Below are positions 1 through 8,870 of a stretch of DNA of 64,000 nt, piece after piece. Each line of letters opens with the position of its first letter. Position 1 is the stretch's first letter. The notes below the pieces were generated by a model, which saw nothing but the letters and a program-made list of their open reading frames with translations, had not been told where the DNA came from and made no database searches. Source of the stretch: Candidatus Latescibacterota bacterium (GTDB lineage Bacteria > Latescibacterota > UBA2968 > GCA-2709665); NCBI GenBank assembly GCA_963662665.2, contig CAXXJS010000061.1, forward strand, positions 192,001-256,000. Reading direction: 5' to 3'. Made by a program: the position numbers and the translations under genes.

Positions 1-230
1 TCGACGAACGATGTGACGATATAGTGAGATTCGAGCAAATGAAACGTATCCAACATGGTTCTGTCTAACGGGCCGTTTCCTCCGTCACTGCGGTCGTGAG
101 GACGGCCGCGAAAAACCGGTGTCAGCAACGATCGGACTTCGGCGAAAGACCGCGCCACAACAAGAGCACAGAGGGGAATGCCATTAACCGAGTGGTGATC
201 TCTCGTCACTGATCACACTGTTGCGCCGTT

Positions 231-1493
231 CTACTTCTTGCCTTTACCGGCGTCGTCGCCCGGCCTTTCTGTCCGGGTCGTTGTCCCTTGTTCCCGGTTT
301 TTGACCTTCAGATCGGCTCGCATGCTCGGAGCCCCGAACTTAATCTCCGCGTGCAAGTTTAACACCTGCCGTGTGCGGTAGATTTCCGCCGCTAAGATCG
401 CCTCGTCCGGCAGAGTCGTTTTGTATTCGGCAGCCATCACCTGATTCGGCAATCCGTCGAGCGCGTACCGGGCAACGGCCTCATCCTTCTGCGAACACAG
501 GATCAGCCCGACCGGCGGATTTTCATCTTCGTGCATCCAGTGTTCGCGGGCGTAGTTGAGATAGAGGTGCATCTGCCCGGCATCGGCATGGGTGAATTTG
601 CCTACCTTCAGGTCAATGACCACCAGGCAGCGCAGACGCCGGTGGAAGAATAGCAGATCTACCCGATACCACTCATCGCCGACGCGAAGCCGTCTCTGCC
701 GACCCATGAAGCAGAAATCCCTGCCTAGCTCCAAGAGGAAAGCCTCCAGGTGGGCAATTAGCGCGTCTTCAAGGTCGTTCTCCGAGTACTCGTCCTTGAG
801 ATCGAGGAATTCGAGGACGAATGGATCCTTGATTTCCTCTTCGGGTAGGACGCGGTCTTCGAGTCGCGCCTGCCGTCCCCTGGTGAGCACGGTGGCCTTG
901 TTCTTTGAAAGTGCAGTGCGCTCGTAGAACTGAGAGTTGATCTGCCGGTTGAGTTGGCGAACCGACCAACCTCCGCTCAGTGCCTCGGTCTCGTAGAATT
1001 CACGGGCCCGTGTGTTCTTGATCGATAGCAGTCTGACGTAGGCGGACCAGGGAAGTGGAAAAGCCTTAAGGAGTTGCCCCAAGCGAACTTGAGTGGAAGT
1101 CGTATCGGAATTGCCAGACACAGTCTGGCAAATCGCTTGTTGACGAAGTTGATCAGATTCGCCAGACAGCGTCTGTTGAATTTGCTCGGATGGATACGAG
1201 AGGTAGAATCGGCGCATCTGTTGGATATTCTGACGCGAAAATCCGCGCCCAAACCGTTGCGTCAGATCCGCCGCCAGTCGTTCAAGGAGCGCGGTGCCGT
1301 ATTCAGCGCGTTTTTCTCCTGATTGTTCAAACTCAACTATACGACGGCCGATCATCCAATACGCGGCAGTCATGACGGCATTCACCGAACGGGCGGCCGA
1401 ACGCCTGGCGGCGTCGACAATTCTCGACACATCGCCAAATATGGCTTTGTACCCGGCATCCGACTTTTCGTCTGTCGGTATCGGCTCTTTCAC
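231..1493 (-). CDS. YhcG/DUF1016 family PD-(D/E)XK nuclease-domain protein
   Basis: 420 aa ORF with family motifs YWxIGxxI, GRGFS, LPWSAYVRLL, IKDPFVLEFL, FLLELG, VDLLFFHRRLRCLVVIDLK and GQMHLYL. Confidence 0.9.
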   Translation of the reverse strand: MKEPIPTDEKSDAGYKAIFGDVSRIVDAARRSAARSVNAVMTAAYWMIGRRIVEFEQSGEKRAEYGTALLERLAADLTQRFGRGFSRQNIQQMRRFYLSYPSEQIQQTLSGESDQLRQQAICQTVSGNSDTTSTQVRLGQLLKAFPLPWSAYVRLLSIKNTRAREFYETEALSGGWSVRQLNRQINSQFYERTALSKNKATVLTRGRQARLEDRVLPEEEIKDPFVLEFLDLKDEYSENDLEDALIAHLEAFLLELGRDFCFMGRQRRLRVGDEWYRVDLLFFHRRLRCLVVIDLKVGKFTHADAGQMHLYLNYAREHWMHEDENPPVGLILCSQKDEAVARYALDGLPNQVMAAEYKTTLPDEAILAAEIYRTRQVLNLHAEIKFGAPSMRADLKVKNREQGTTTRTERPGDDAGKGKK

Positions 1494-1547
1494 GATCTAC
1501 TCTTCTCCCCTAAGGGGTTTCGGCGAGGGGATTGCATTCTGGACTAT

Positions 1548-1941
1548 TCATTCTAAGCGTTCCCTGGCCCAGCGGAGAACGGCTTCGGCGATGGCAATCG
1601 CTTCCAGTGTCATGCTGTTTGGTGACTGCCTGGTCCGTGGGGCATTGAGTAACGGTCGCAAATCGAGAGAGCTTTTCGGCCTGTTCGACGAAGTCCGGAT
1701 TCGTCCCGTCTGTTTCCGTGAGCAGGGAAAGCAATCGGGCCAAATCATGCACGTATGGGAAGTCGATGCCGCGCTTGATCATCACCGCCTTGATGGCCTT
1801 CTCGGCTGCCTGCTGGACCTGGAAGCACAGGTCTTCCAGATATGCGTCAGGAACACAGTTTTTCGCCATCGCCAGATTGCTTCTTGCGCGATTCATCCAC
1901 TCTCGCGGATCATCCGGGGGGAAGCGCTCAGGTGGACTCAT
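1548..1941 (-). pseudogene. HEPN domain protein (MNT-HEPN TA toxin), frameshifted near the 3' end
   Basis: ATG at 1941 overlaps the MNT stop. Typical motifs QQAAEKAIKA and FPYVHDL. The usual C-terminal helix (EAIAIAEAVLRWARERLE) lies in another frame ending at 1548. Confidence 0.75.
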
Positions 1942-2254
1942 ATACCACCCTCCCTTCACGCAGCGCAGGCTTGAACACCAGCGCGTGACTGTCCCTGAAA
2001 CGCTCCACATCCGCGGGGTCGGCCACGATCGCATCGACCGCGGCACCAACCCCATGCAGCTTGCGGTAGATCTGGCCCATCAGATCGAGCGCGTCCGCTC
2101 CCTCCGTGATGATAAGCAAATCGACGTCGCTGTGGCGGTTCATGTCGCCCCGGGCGGCGGACCCGAAGAGGATGATCTTCTCGGGCTCGGCCACCTCCAC
2201 AACGCGCTGGATGATGTCGTCCAGGATCGTCTGGTCCAGCATCCTCTTGTTCAT
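1928..2254 (-). CDS. Minimal nucleotidyltransferase (MNT antitoxin)
   Basis: IILFGSAARGD...SDVDLLI motif and C-terminal ALREGRVVYE. Start chosen at ATG 2254. Confidence 0.88.
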   Translation of the reverse strand: MNKRMLDQTILDDIIQRVVEVAEPEKIILFGSAARGDMNRHSDVDLLIITEGADALDLMGQIYRKLHGVGAAVDAIVADPADVERFRDSHALVFKPALREGRVVYEST

Positions 2255-2297
2255 GGCCTCTCTCCGACTTCGCCGAAACGCTTGCATTCGCGGGCGA

Positions 2298-3536
2298 TCA
2301 CGAGGGCTTCGCTTCCTTCCAGAGGCGCACGATAAAGCGATGTTCCTCTTCAATCAACTCCGGCTCGGTGCCATTGTGGGACAACATGCCGGGAATGATC
2401 TTGTTCCGAATGCCCATTCCACGTGCGTCCACGTAGCCGTAATCGCGCATCACATTGACCAAGGTCTGATTGCGTGCGTAGCGCATCCCCAATCGCATCC
2501 CTTCTGGCGTCACAGTGTTGGGCAGGCGGCCGGGACTGACGACTTCAAGGCGATCGGAGAAGATGACGAGCATGACGTCGGTCCCCACGATGCTGTAATC
2601 GCGGTGTACGAGGGCGTTGACCACGGCCTCGCGCACTGCTTCTTCGGGAAACTCCCAGCGGTCGATTCGTCTTGCCCCTTCCAGATAAGCGGAAGGCGTT
2701 GTATTGCGTCGCACGAAATCCCAAGCCTTGTCCACAAGCCCCCGCTTGACGAGTTCCCCATCCTCGGGGTCGCAGAGTGGCGCCATGGGGCCTGTGAGAT
2801 CCTCGTCCGCGCGGGTAGCATAATCCGGCTCCGCGCCTGGGTAGCAGATAGCTCGAATGCCCGACTGAGGAAGAAACCGCTTTGGATCCTTTCCAAACAG
2901 GAGCATTCCGTCAACGGTCGCGGCCATCCGACCCGCTGACAGCGTTGCAAGTTCCAGGTTCTGCAGAAGCCTCTGCCACTGATCGACGTCGTTAGTGGGA
3001 GGAACGCTGCTGCCCAGAACGCGGCTGAAATAATCTCGCAGATGGCGCTGGTCGAGCGAGTCGATCCCGGTGCCGAGGACGGGCTTTAGTCCATAGCGGA
3101 ATTGTCCTCCCTGCAGGTAGAGCCGTTCCTCTTCCTCGCGGCCCGCGGCGCGCGAAGTCGTTCCGACGCGCACCTGAGTAATCCAATGTCCTCCGCGCCT
3201 GGCCTTGTACGGCTTATCCGGCGCATCCCTCGGAAGAGATATAACGCCGACGATTTTCCCGTTTCCCCAATCTACGGTCTCCCAATACGGAATCGCCGCC
3301 GGCAGGACGTGAGTACGTGCCGTTTCCATAACCCACTCTTCCACCCGACGCGGCTCCCGGATGAGACCGGTAACCGAGCCATCGTCCTCGACGCCAAGAA
3401 GAATGCGCCCACCTTCCAGATTGAGTAGAGCTGCAATTTCCGTAGCGAGTTGTTCCGGGCGTACTTCGGCGCGCTTGAACTCCACGCCGGAGTTTTCACC
3501 ATTGCGGATCAATTCGATCACATCGGCTTTGTTCAT
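2298..3536 (-). CDS. AlbA_2 (Schlafen-like) domain plus HATPase_c_4 domain protein
   Basis: N-terminal GENSGVEFK...AALLNLEGGRILLGVEDDG and C-terminal REAVVNALVHRDYS, SPGRL, RNQTL, RGMGI. Confidence 0.85.
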   Translation of the reverse strand: MNKADVIELIRNGENSGVEFKRAEVRPEQLATEIAALLNLEGGRILLGVEDDGSVTGLIREPRRVEEWVMETARTHVLPAAIPYWETVDWGNGKIVGVISLPRDAPDKPYKARRGGHWITQVRVGTTSRAAGREEEERLYLQGGQFRYGLKPVLGTGIDSLDQRHLRDYFSRVLGSSVPPTNDVDQWQRLLQNLELATLSAGRMAATVDGMLLFGKDPKRFLPQSGIRAICYPGAEPDYATRADEDLTGPMAPLCDPEDGELVKRGLVDKAWDFVRRNTTPSAYLEGARRIDRWEFPEEAVREAVVNALVHRDYSIVGTDVMLVIFSDRLEVVSPGRLPNTVTPEGMRLGMRYARNQTLVNVMRDYGYVDARGMGIRNKIIPGMLSHNGTEPELIEEEHRFIVRLWKEAKPS

Positions 3537-3790
3537 GGCGCCTCAGAAACCGTCGACCCGGGTGGGTCGCGCATGGGGTCGCGCGGCGGTATTTCCAGTT
3601 CCACGCCGCCCAGTGGTGCAAACCGAGCCCGTATGGCGCGGGACAGGTTGTCGGGAGATCCGTGCTCGTTTAGCGCCGTGCGCAGAATCGTCCGTGCTTC
3701 CTCCTCCATGGAGTGGCCGTGCCCGGCCGCCTGGATGCGCAGGCGCCGCTTCAGGTCATCGCCGAGATTGCGAATCTTAAATCTGGCCAT
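3533..3790 (-). CDS. FitA-like ribbon-helix-helix antitoxin (plasmid-stabilisation type)
   Basis: MARFKIRNLGDDLKRRLRIQAAGHGHSMEEEARTIL matches the FitA/Arc pattern. ATGA overlap with the downstream gene. Confidence 0.85.
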   Translation of the reverse strand: MARFKIRNLGDDLKRRLRIQAAGHGHSMEEEARTILRTALNEHGSPDNLSRAIRARFAPLGGVELEIPPRDPMRDPPGSTVSEAP

Positions 3791-3807
3791 TTTTTTCCAA
3801 TGCAAAT

Positions 3808-3829
3808 TGCTATCAAGAGTGGTATACCA
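3808..3829. promoter_or_regulatory. Candidate autoregulatory operator upstream of the fitA-like gene
   Basis: TGCTATCA (3808-3815) equals the half-site I recall for Neisseria FitA. Perfect palindrome TGGTATACCA at 3820-3829. Confidence 0.4.
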
Positions 3830-4183
3830 TTGCGACTATTCGACCCCATGGCGCCTACTGTGTGTGCCGTATTCGTACTCAGAATTGGTTCTCCGTGCCC
3901 GTGCTTTCTAATATAAGAAAAATCCAAAGTTATGAGAGCAGGAATTATATAGATGGAAGTGCCCTGTCATTCGGAGTCGGCGAAATTGGATTGCGTCGAA
4001 TGCCCGGAGACAGGCGGCAAGGCTTGTATTTCACCCCATGAAACACTATACTGGACAGCGTGCTCGTCGGATCGACAGGACGGCTATTCGTTTCGAGTCT
4101 GGTGAGGATTCCAGATCCTGATCAGGTGGACGGTTCGATCGCGGTATCTGTGGCGACGCGACGGCGGTTTACGGGTGCCAGCA

Positions 4184-4786
4184 ATGGCAACAGCGGGCGT
4201 GACTATGGAAGTTTCCACGTTAGAAATAGCCACCTTTGCTGTCGTCGTTATGGTTGCGGTGATCGTGATTGTCTACGTGATGAAGCACCAGATGCGCCGA
4301 TGCCGTTGGTGTATGCGATCGACGGCGCCGGTCGAACTTCTGTCGGAGGACGAAGGAGAGGAAGTACGGCGGCTGATACGGGAAGAGGGAATGCCCGGGG
4401 AGCCGGAGAAGTACGAGGTCTGTCCGAAGTGCAAACGGATATACGACTCGCGCTGGCTAAGCGGCGATCGACCGCACCGGCGGGACTGGGAAAGGTACGA
4501 TCGCCGGTGCGCCTGTGGCTGCGACCTGTCGCGACCCGCGTGGATCGTCGATACCGACGCCCTGAAATCCGCGTTGCGTGGAATCCCCCCGGAAATCATG
4601 GCGCATATCGAACGAAAGTACGGGAGGGAGGGGCTGCACGAACGTCTTTACTCGTCCGTGTCCAACGACCATATCCTGTTTGTCTGCAGAAACTGTTTCC
4701 GGATCTATATGTGGTTGCCCGTGAAGGGCTTTCAGGTATTCCAGGTTGTATCGGGCGGCATGGACAAGTACGATCGACCGTCCTGA
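4184..4786 (+). CDS. Hypothetical membrane-anchored multi-CxxC (zinc-ribbon-like) protein, paralogue 1
   Basis: Hydrophobic N-terminal helix then CRWC, CPKC, CACGC, CRNC. Aligns by eye with 4868..5461. Start could be 4205. Confidence 0.75.
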   Translation: MATAGVTMEVSTLEIATFAVVVMVAVIVIVYVMKHQMRRCRWCMRSTAPVELLSEDEGEEVRRLIREEGMPGEPEKYEVCPKCKRIYDSRWLSGDRPHRRDWERYDRRCACGCDLSRPAWIVDTDALKSALRGIPPEIMAHIERKYGREGLHERLYSSVSNDHILFVCRNCFRIYMWLPVKGFQVFQVVSGGMDKYDRPS

Positions 4787-4867
4787 TACCGCGTCACGTA
4801 TTCGATCAAGACGTAATCAGGCGATTTCTCTGCCGCGCGCCCGTGGGATCGGGCGGGAGTCATACCG

Positions 4868-5461
4868 ATGGGAAACGGGCACCTGATTTTCTCGGCAATA
4901 TTCGTCGCCGGGTTTATCGTGTTATTGGTCTTTCTTCGAAGGAAGTCTCGACGATGCCGGTGGTGCCGGACGCCCACGGTAAAGCTGGACGCATTGCCGG
5001 AACGGGAGCGCAGCCGGATCGAAAAGCTTGTCCGGGAAGAGGGAATGGATCCTTCAGAATCGTATGAGTTCTGCATGACTTGCCGTCGGATCTTTGACCA
5101 GTGGTGGTTTCATAGGGACTGGGATATGCGCGACCGGTGGTGCGCGTGCGGGTCCAGTCTGAAGTTCCCCTGGGACGTGGACACCAATCGACTGCGTCAG
5201 GCTGCGGCCGATCTTCCGCGTGAGGTTATCGGGTTGCTTCTCGACCGAAGTTCCAGGGAGGACATTGCGCGCCTGCTGGGCGGTTACGACGACATCATGT
5301 ACCGCGAAGAGAAGCGTCCGGGCGGCCACGCCCTGAAGGTCTGCGACACCTGCCACAGGATGTATATGTGGATTGAAGTCAATGGTTATCTGGTCTTTCA
5401 ATGCGTTTCGGCCGGCCGCGACAAGTACGACAGGGACCTGAAGCCTTCGTACGACTCGTGA
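4868..5461 (+). CDS. Hypothetical membrane-anchored multi-CxxC (zinc-ribbon-like) protein, paralogue 2
   Basis: TM helix then CRWC, CMTC, CACG, CDTC. Shares REEGM, YMW, VFQ and DKYDR with paralogue 1. Confidence 0.78.
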   Translation: MGNGHLIFSAIFVAGFIVLLVFLRRKSRRCRWCRTPTVKLDALPERERSRIEKLVREEGMDPSESYEFCMTCRRIFDQWWFHRDWDMRDRWCACGSSLKFPWDVDTNRLRQAAADLPREVIGLLLDRSSREDIARLLGGYDDIMYREEKRPGGHALKVCDTCHRMYMWIEVNGYLVFQCVSAGRDKYDRDLKPSYDS

Positions 5462-5527
5462 AGTCAGGCGTCGACGCCCGATCTTGCGGCATCCACGAAT
5501 TTTCGTTCATTGGGTCTTTACCCTGCT

Positions 5528-5545
5528 CATCCTGTCCATCCATGT
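5528..5545 (-). repeat. Dispersed intergenic CAGGAT-type short repeat, copy 1
   Basis: Reverse complement ACATGGATGGACAGGATG matches 46507-46524 at 17 of 18 positions. Confidence 0.55.
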
Positions 5546-5586
5546 AAATTTAGTTTTTGTGAATTATTCGGGTTAGAGAGACCGCG

Positions 5587-8500
5587 ATGCGATTTGTGGC
5601 GGACGTACATCTGCACTCCCGGTTTTCCAGGGCGACCAGCCGTCAACTGAACCCGGAGAATCTCTATAAGTGGTCCGCGCTCAAGGGCGTGAACGTGGTG
5701 GGGACGGGCGATTTCACCCATCCCGAGTGGATCGGGGAATTGAAAGACCGACTGGAGCCCGCGGAGGAGGGGCTTTTCCGGCTCAAGCCGGCCCTGCGGG
5801 CCGCGGTAGACAAAGACCTGCCGGAGCGGTGCCGGGGTACGGTGCGTTTCGTCCTGTCCACCGAGATCAGCTTGATCTACAAGAAGAACGACAGGACACG
5901 CAAGGTACATCATGTTATTCTGATGCCCGGCTTCGAAGCGGTGGAGCGGTTGAACGCCCGGTTGGGGGACATCGGAAACCTGAAGTCGGACGGGCGGCCC
6001 ATTCTGGGCCTGGACAGCCGGGATCTCGTGGAGATCTGCCTCGAAGCCGCCGAAGACGTGCTGTTTATTCCCGCGCATATCTGGACGCCCCATTTCGCGG
6101 TGCTGGGCGCGAGTTCGGGGTTCGATACGCTCGAGGAGTGTTTCGAGGACATGCTGCCCGCGATCTTCGCCGTGGAGACGGGTCTCTCGTCCGATCCGCC
6201 GATGAACTGGCGCCTGTCCATGCTGGACCGGTATGCGATCGTATCCAACTCGGACGCGCATTCCCCGCAGAACCTGGCGCGGGAGGCCACCTGTTTCGAT
6301 ACCGAATTGTCGTACTGCGGCATTTACGATGCGCTGAAATCGAGACACCCCGAACGGTTTCTGGGGACGCTGGAATTCTATCCCGAAGAAGGCAAGTATC
6401 ACCTCGACGGCCACCGCAAATGCGGCATCTGCTGGGAGCCGGGCCAGTCGCTTGCCGCGGATTGCCTCTGCCCGGAATGCGGCAAGCGGCTGACAGTGGG
6501 CGTCCTGCACCGCGTGGAGCAACTGGCCGACAGGGAGGAGGGCGGCAGGCCGGCAGTGGCGCCGCCGTTTGAGAATCTGATTCCGCTCCGGGAAGTCATC
6601 GGTTCCGTATTGGGGGTGGGTCCAACCAGCAAGCGGGTACAGGCTGTGTACGAACGGATGCTGGCGGAATTGGGACCTGAACTGGTTATTTTGAGAGACG
6701 CGTCCCCCGAGGCGATCGCCGGATGCGGCGAACCGCTGGTGGCGGAGGGTGTGCGTCGTATGCGGGCCGGGGAGGTGGTGATTGCGGCGGGTTACGATGG
6801 TGTTTACGGAAGGATCCAGGTGTTCTCGGAGGAAGACCGGGCCCGGTTGAGCCGGCAGCCCGCGTTGTTCGATCTGCCGGAAAAACCGGAAGCGGCGCCG
6901 CCGGCGTCATCGTTCGAAACGACGTCAGCGCGCGAAGGCACGTCAGTTGGGAACGGTGAAACGCCGGGGGGCGAGGATACGGGCGACGGCGGATTGGACG
7001 ACGCGCAAAGGGCGGCTGTAAACAGGGAAAGCGGGCCTGCCATCGTGGTGGCCGGCCCCGGCACGGGCAAGACGCGGGTGTTGACCCACCGGTTGGCGCG
7101 GCTCATAGGTGAGGCAGGCGTGCCGCCGGAATCGATCCTGGCAGTCACGTTTACGAATAAGGCAGCGGCGGAAATGCGGGAACGCGTTCACACGCTGTTG
7201 CCGGAAGAAGGGACGCTGGGTGGGTTGACGCTGGGCACGTTCCACGCCGTGGCGCTGAATTTGATGAAGCCCTGCGTGTCCGGGGAGATGCCTCAGGTCA
7301 TCGACGAGGCGGAGGCGATACAGCTGGTGTCCGAGGTCATCGGGTATACTGAACTCGACATGTCCGTGCGGGATGCACGGTTGGCGGTCTCATTTGCGAA
7401 GACCAACCCCGATGCCGAGATGACGGAGGCGTTGCGCGGCGTTGGTGAAGCGTATCAGGACCGGCTGCGTAAACTGGGCGTGTGGGATTTCGACGACATT
7501 CTCCTGGAATTCCTGGCGATGCTGCGCAAAGGCGATGAGGCGTCCGAGCGGCTTCTCAACAGGTTTGCACACGTCCTTGTGGACGAGTTTCAGGACGTGA
7601 ACGCGGTGCAGTACAGGCTGGTGGCCGAGCTTTCCCGCGACGGCGCCGGTCTGTTCGTGATCGGCGATCCGGACCAGGCCATCTACGGATTTCGCGGCGC
7701 GAGTCCGGCGTACTTTCAAAAGCTCCGGGAAGATCTGCCGTCTGCGCGGACGATTGTGCTGGATCGGTCATATCGCTCCACGCCCCAGGTCACGGGAGCG
7801 GCCGTCTCCGTGATTGGGGAGGGTCGTCAGTTGAATGCCGTCCGGGGGGAGGGAGTTACGGCTCGACTGGTATCCGTGTCGGGCGAAACGGCTGAAGGTA
7901 TCGCGGTGGTCCGGGAGATCAGCCGGATGATGGGCGGCGCCGATATGCTTCAGGCCGGCGAGGTCGGCGGTCGACAGACTGTGGCAGAAGGATGCGACCG
8001 GAGCCTTTCGGATTTTGCCGTGTTGTTCAGGACCGGCCGGCAGGCGGAGGCGATAGAACGTTGTTTTATTGAAGAAGGATTGCCGTACCGGGTGGTTGGC
8101 CAGAAGGGCATTCTTTCAGCCGGGACCGTTCGGCACGCGCTCTCCTTTTTCAATTTCGCCTTTCGCCCGGCGGGATCTCTGCGTCTGCTGCGTGCGCTGG
8201 CGGTTCCCGTCTTCCATCCTGGAAACGCAGCGCTCAACCGGCTCCGGCTTGCGGGCGGTGACCCGTCGGACGGCAATCTGCCTTTGCCCGCCCGCGAGAA
8301 AGTCTCGGCACTGGAGGATGCCGCCGGGACATTCAGAAAAATGGCGGAGACGGAATCCGTCGAGTCGCTGGTGAGGACATGGCAGGAAGTAGCTGGGGCG
8401 GAAGAGGATGAGGATCTCGCACGCCTTGCTCGGATGGCGGTCAACTTCGATTCGGTCCGCACGTTTCTCGATACTCTGGTACTGGGCGCCGACGCCGACT

Positions 8501-8853
8501 ACGTGCGGGTTGGCGGCGCGACGCGGCCGCTTGCCGAAGCGGTGACGCTGTCAACCCTGCATGCGGCCAAGGGGCTGGAGTTTCCAGTCGTGTTCATCTG
8601 TGGCGTGGAGGAGGGCTTGATTCCGCACCCAAACGGGGACGAACAGGAAGAGCGGCGGCTGTTGTTCGTGGGATTGACCCGGGCCATGGATGAGGCCGTC
8701 ATGCTCTGTGCGCGAAGCAGGACGCGTTTCGGCGACCGGGACCGCCCGGAGCCGTCCCGGTTCCTGGATGATATTCCCGCCGAATTCCTGAAACGGGAGC
8801 GCCTGTCCGCGGAACGGCGGGTCAGGCAGGCCCACCAGCTCTCTCTGTTCTGA
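5587..8853 (+). CDS. PHP/endonuclease Q-like domain fused to a UvrD/Rep superfamily 1 helicase
   Basis: ADVHLHSRFS, GTGDFTHP, NSDAHS, EEGKYHLDGHRKC...CPEC, then AGPGTGKT, VTFTNKAA, VDEFQD, GDPDQAIYGFRG, TLHAAKGLEF, EERRLLFVGLTRA. Confidence 0.92.
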   Translation: MRFVADVHLHSRFSRATSRQLNPENLYKWSALKGVNVVGTGDFTHPEWIGELKDRLEPAEEGLFRLKPALRAAVDKDLPERCRGTVRFVLSTEISLIYKKNDRTRKVHHVILMPGFEAVERLNARLGDIGNLKSDGRPILGLDSRDLVEICLEAAEDVLFIPAHIWTPHFAVLGASSGFDTLEECFEDMLPAIFAVETGLSSDPPMNWRLSMLDRYAIVSNSDAHSPQNLAREATCFDTELSYCGIYDALKSRHPERFLGTLEFYPEEGKYHLDGHRKCGICWEPGQSLAADCLCPECGKRLTVGVLHRVEQLADREEGGRPAVAPPFENLIPLREVIGSVLGVGPTSKRVQAVYERMLAELGPELVILRDASPEAIAGCGEPLVAEGVRRMRAGEVVIAAGYDGVYGRIQVFSEEDRARLSRQPALFDLPEKPEAAPPASSFETTSAREGTSVGNGETPGGEDTGDGGLDDAQRAAVNRESGPAIVVAGPGTGKTRVLTHRLARLIGEAGVPPESILAVTFTNKAAAEMRERVHTLLPEEGTLGGLTLGTFHAVALNLMKPCVSGEMPQVIDEAEAIQLVSEVIGYTELDMSVRDARLAVSFAKTNPDAEMTEALRGVGEAYQDRLRKLGVWDFDDILLEFLAMLRKGDEASERLLNRFAHVLVDEFQDVNAVQYRLVAELSRDGAGLFVIGDPDQAIYGFRGASPAYFQKLREDLPSARTIVLDRSYRSTPQVTGAAVSVIGEGRQLNAVRGEGVTARLVSVSGETAEGIAVVREISRMMGGADMLQAGEVGGRQTVAEGCDRSLSDFAVLFRTGRQAEAIERCFIEEGLPYRVVGQKGILSAGTVRHALSFFNFAFRPAGSLRLLRALAVPVFHPGNAALNRLRLAGGDPSDGNLPLPAREKVSALEDAAGTFRKMAETESVESLVRTWQEVAGAEEDEDLARLARMAVNFDSVRTFLDTLVLGADADYVRVGGATRPLAEAVTLSTLHAAKGLEFPVVFICGVEEGLIPHPNGDEQEERRLLFVGLTRAMDEAVMLCARSRTRFGDRDRPEPSRFLDDIPAEFLKRERLSAERRVRQAHQLSLF

Positions 8854-8870
8854 TCGCGGTGGATGCCGAT

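Noticed and set aside
4060-5067. 335-aa plus-strand ORF overlapping the two Cys-rich genes
   Set aside because: Arg/Gly-rich alternate-frame shadow. The paralogy between 4184..4786 and 4868..5461 identifies the real frames.
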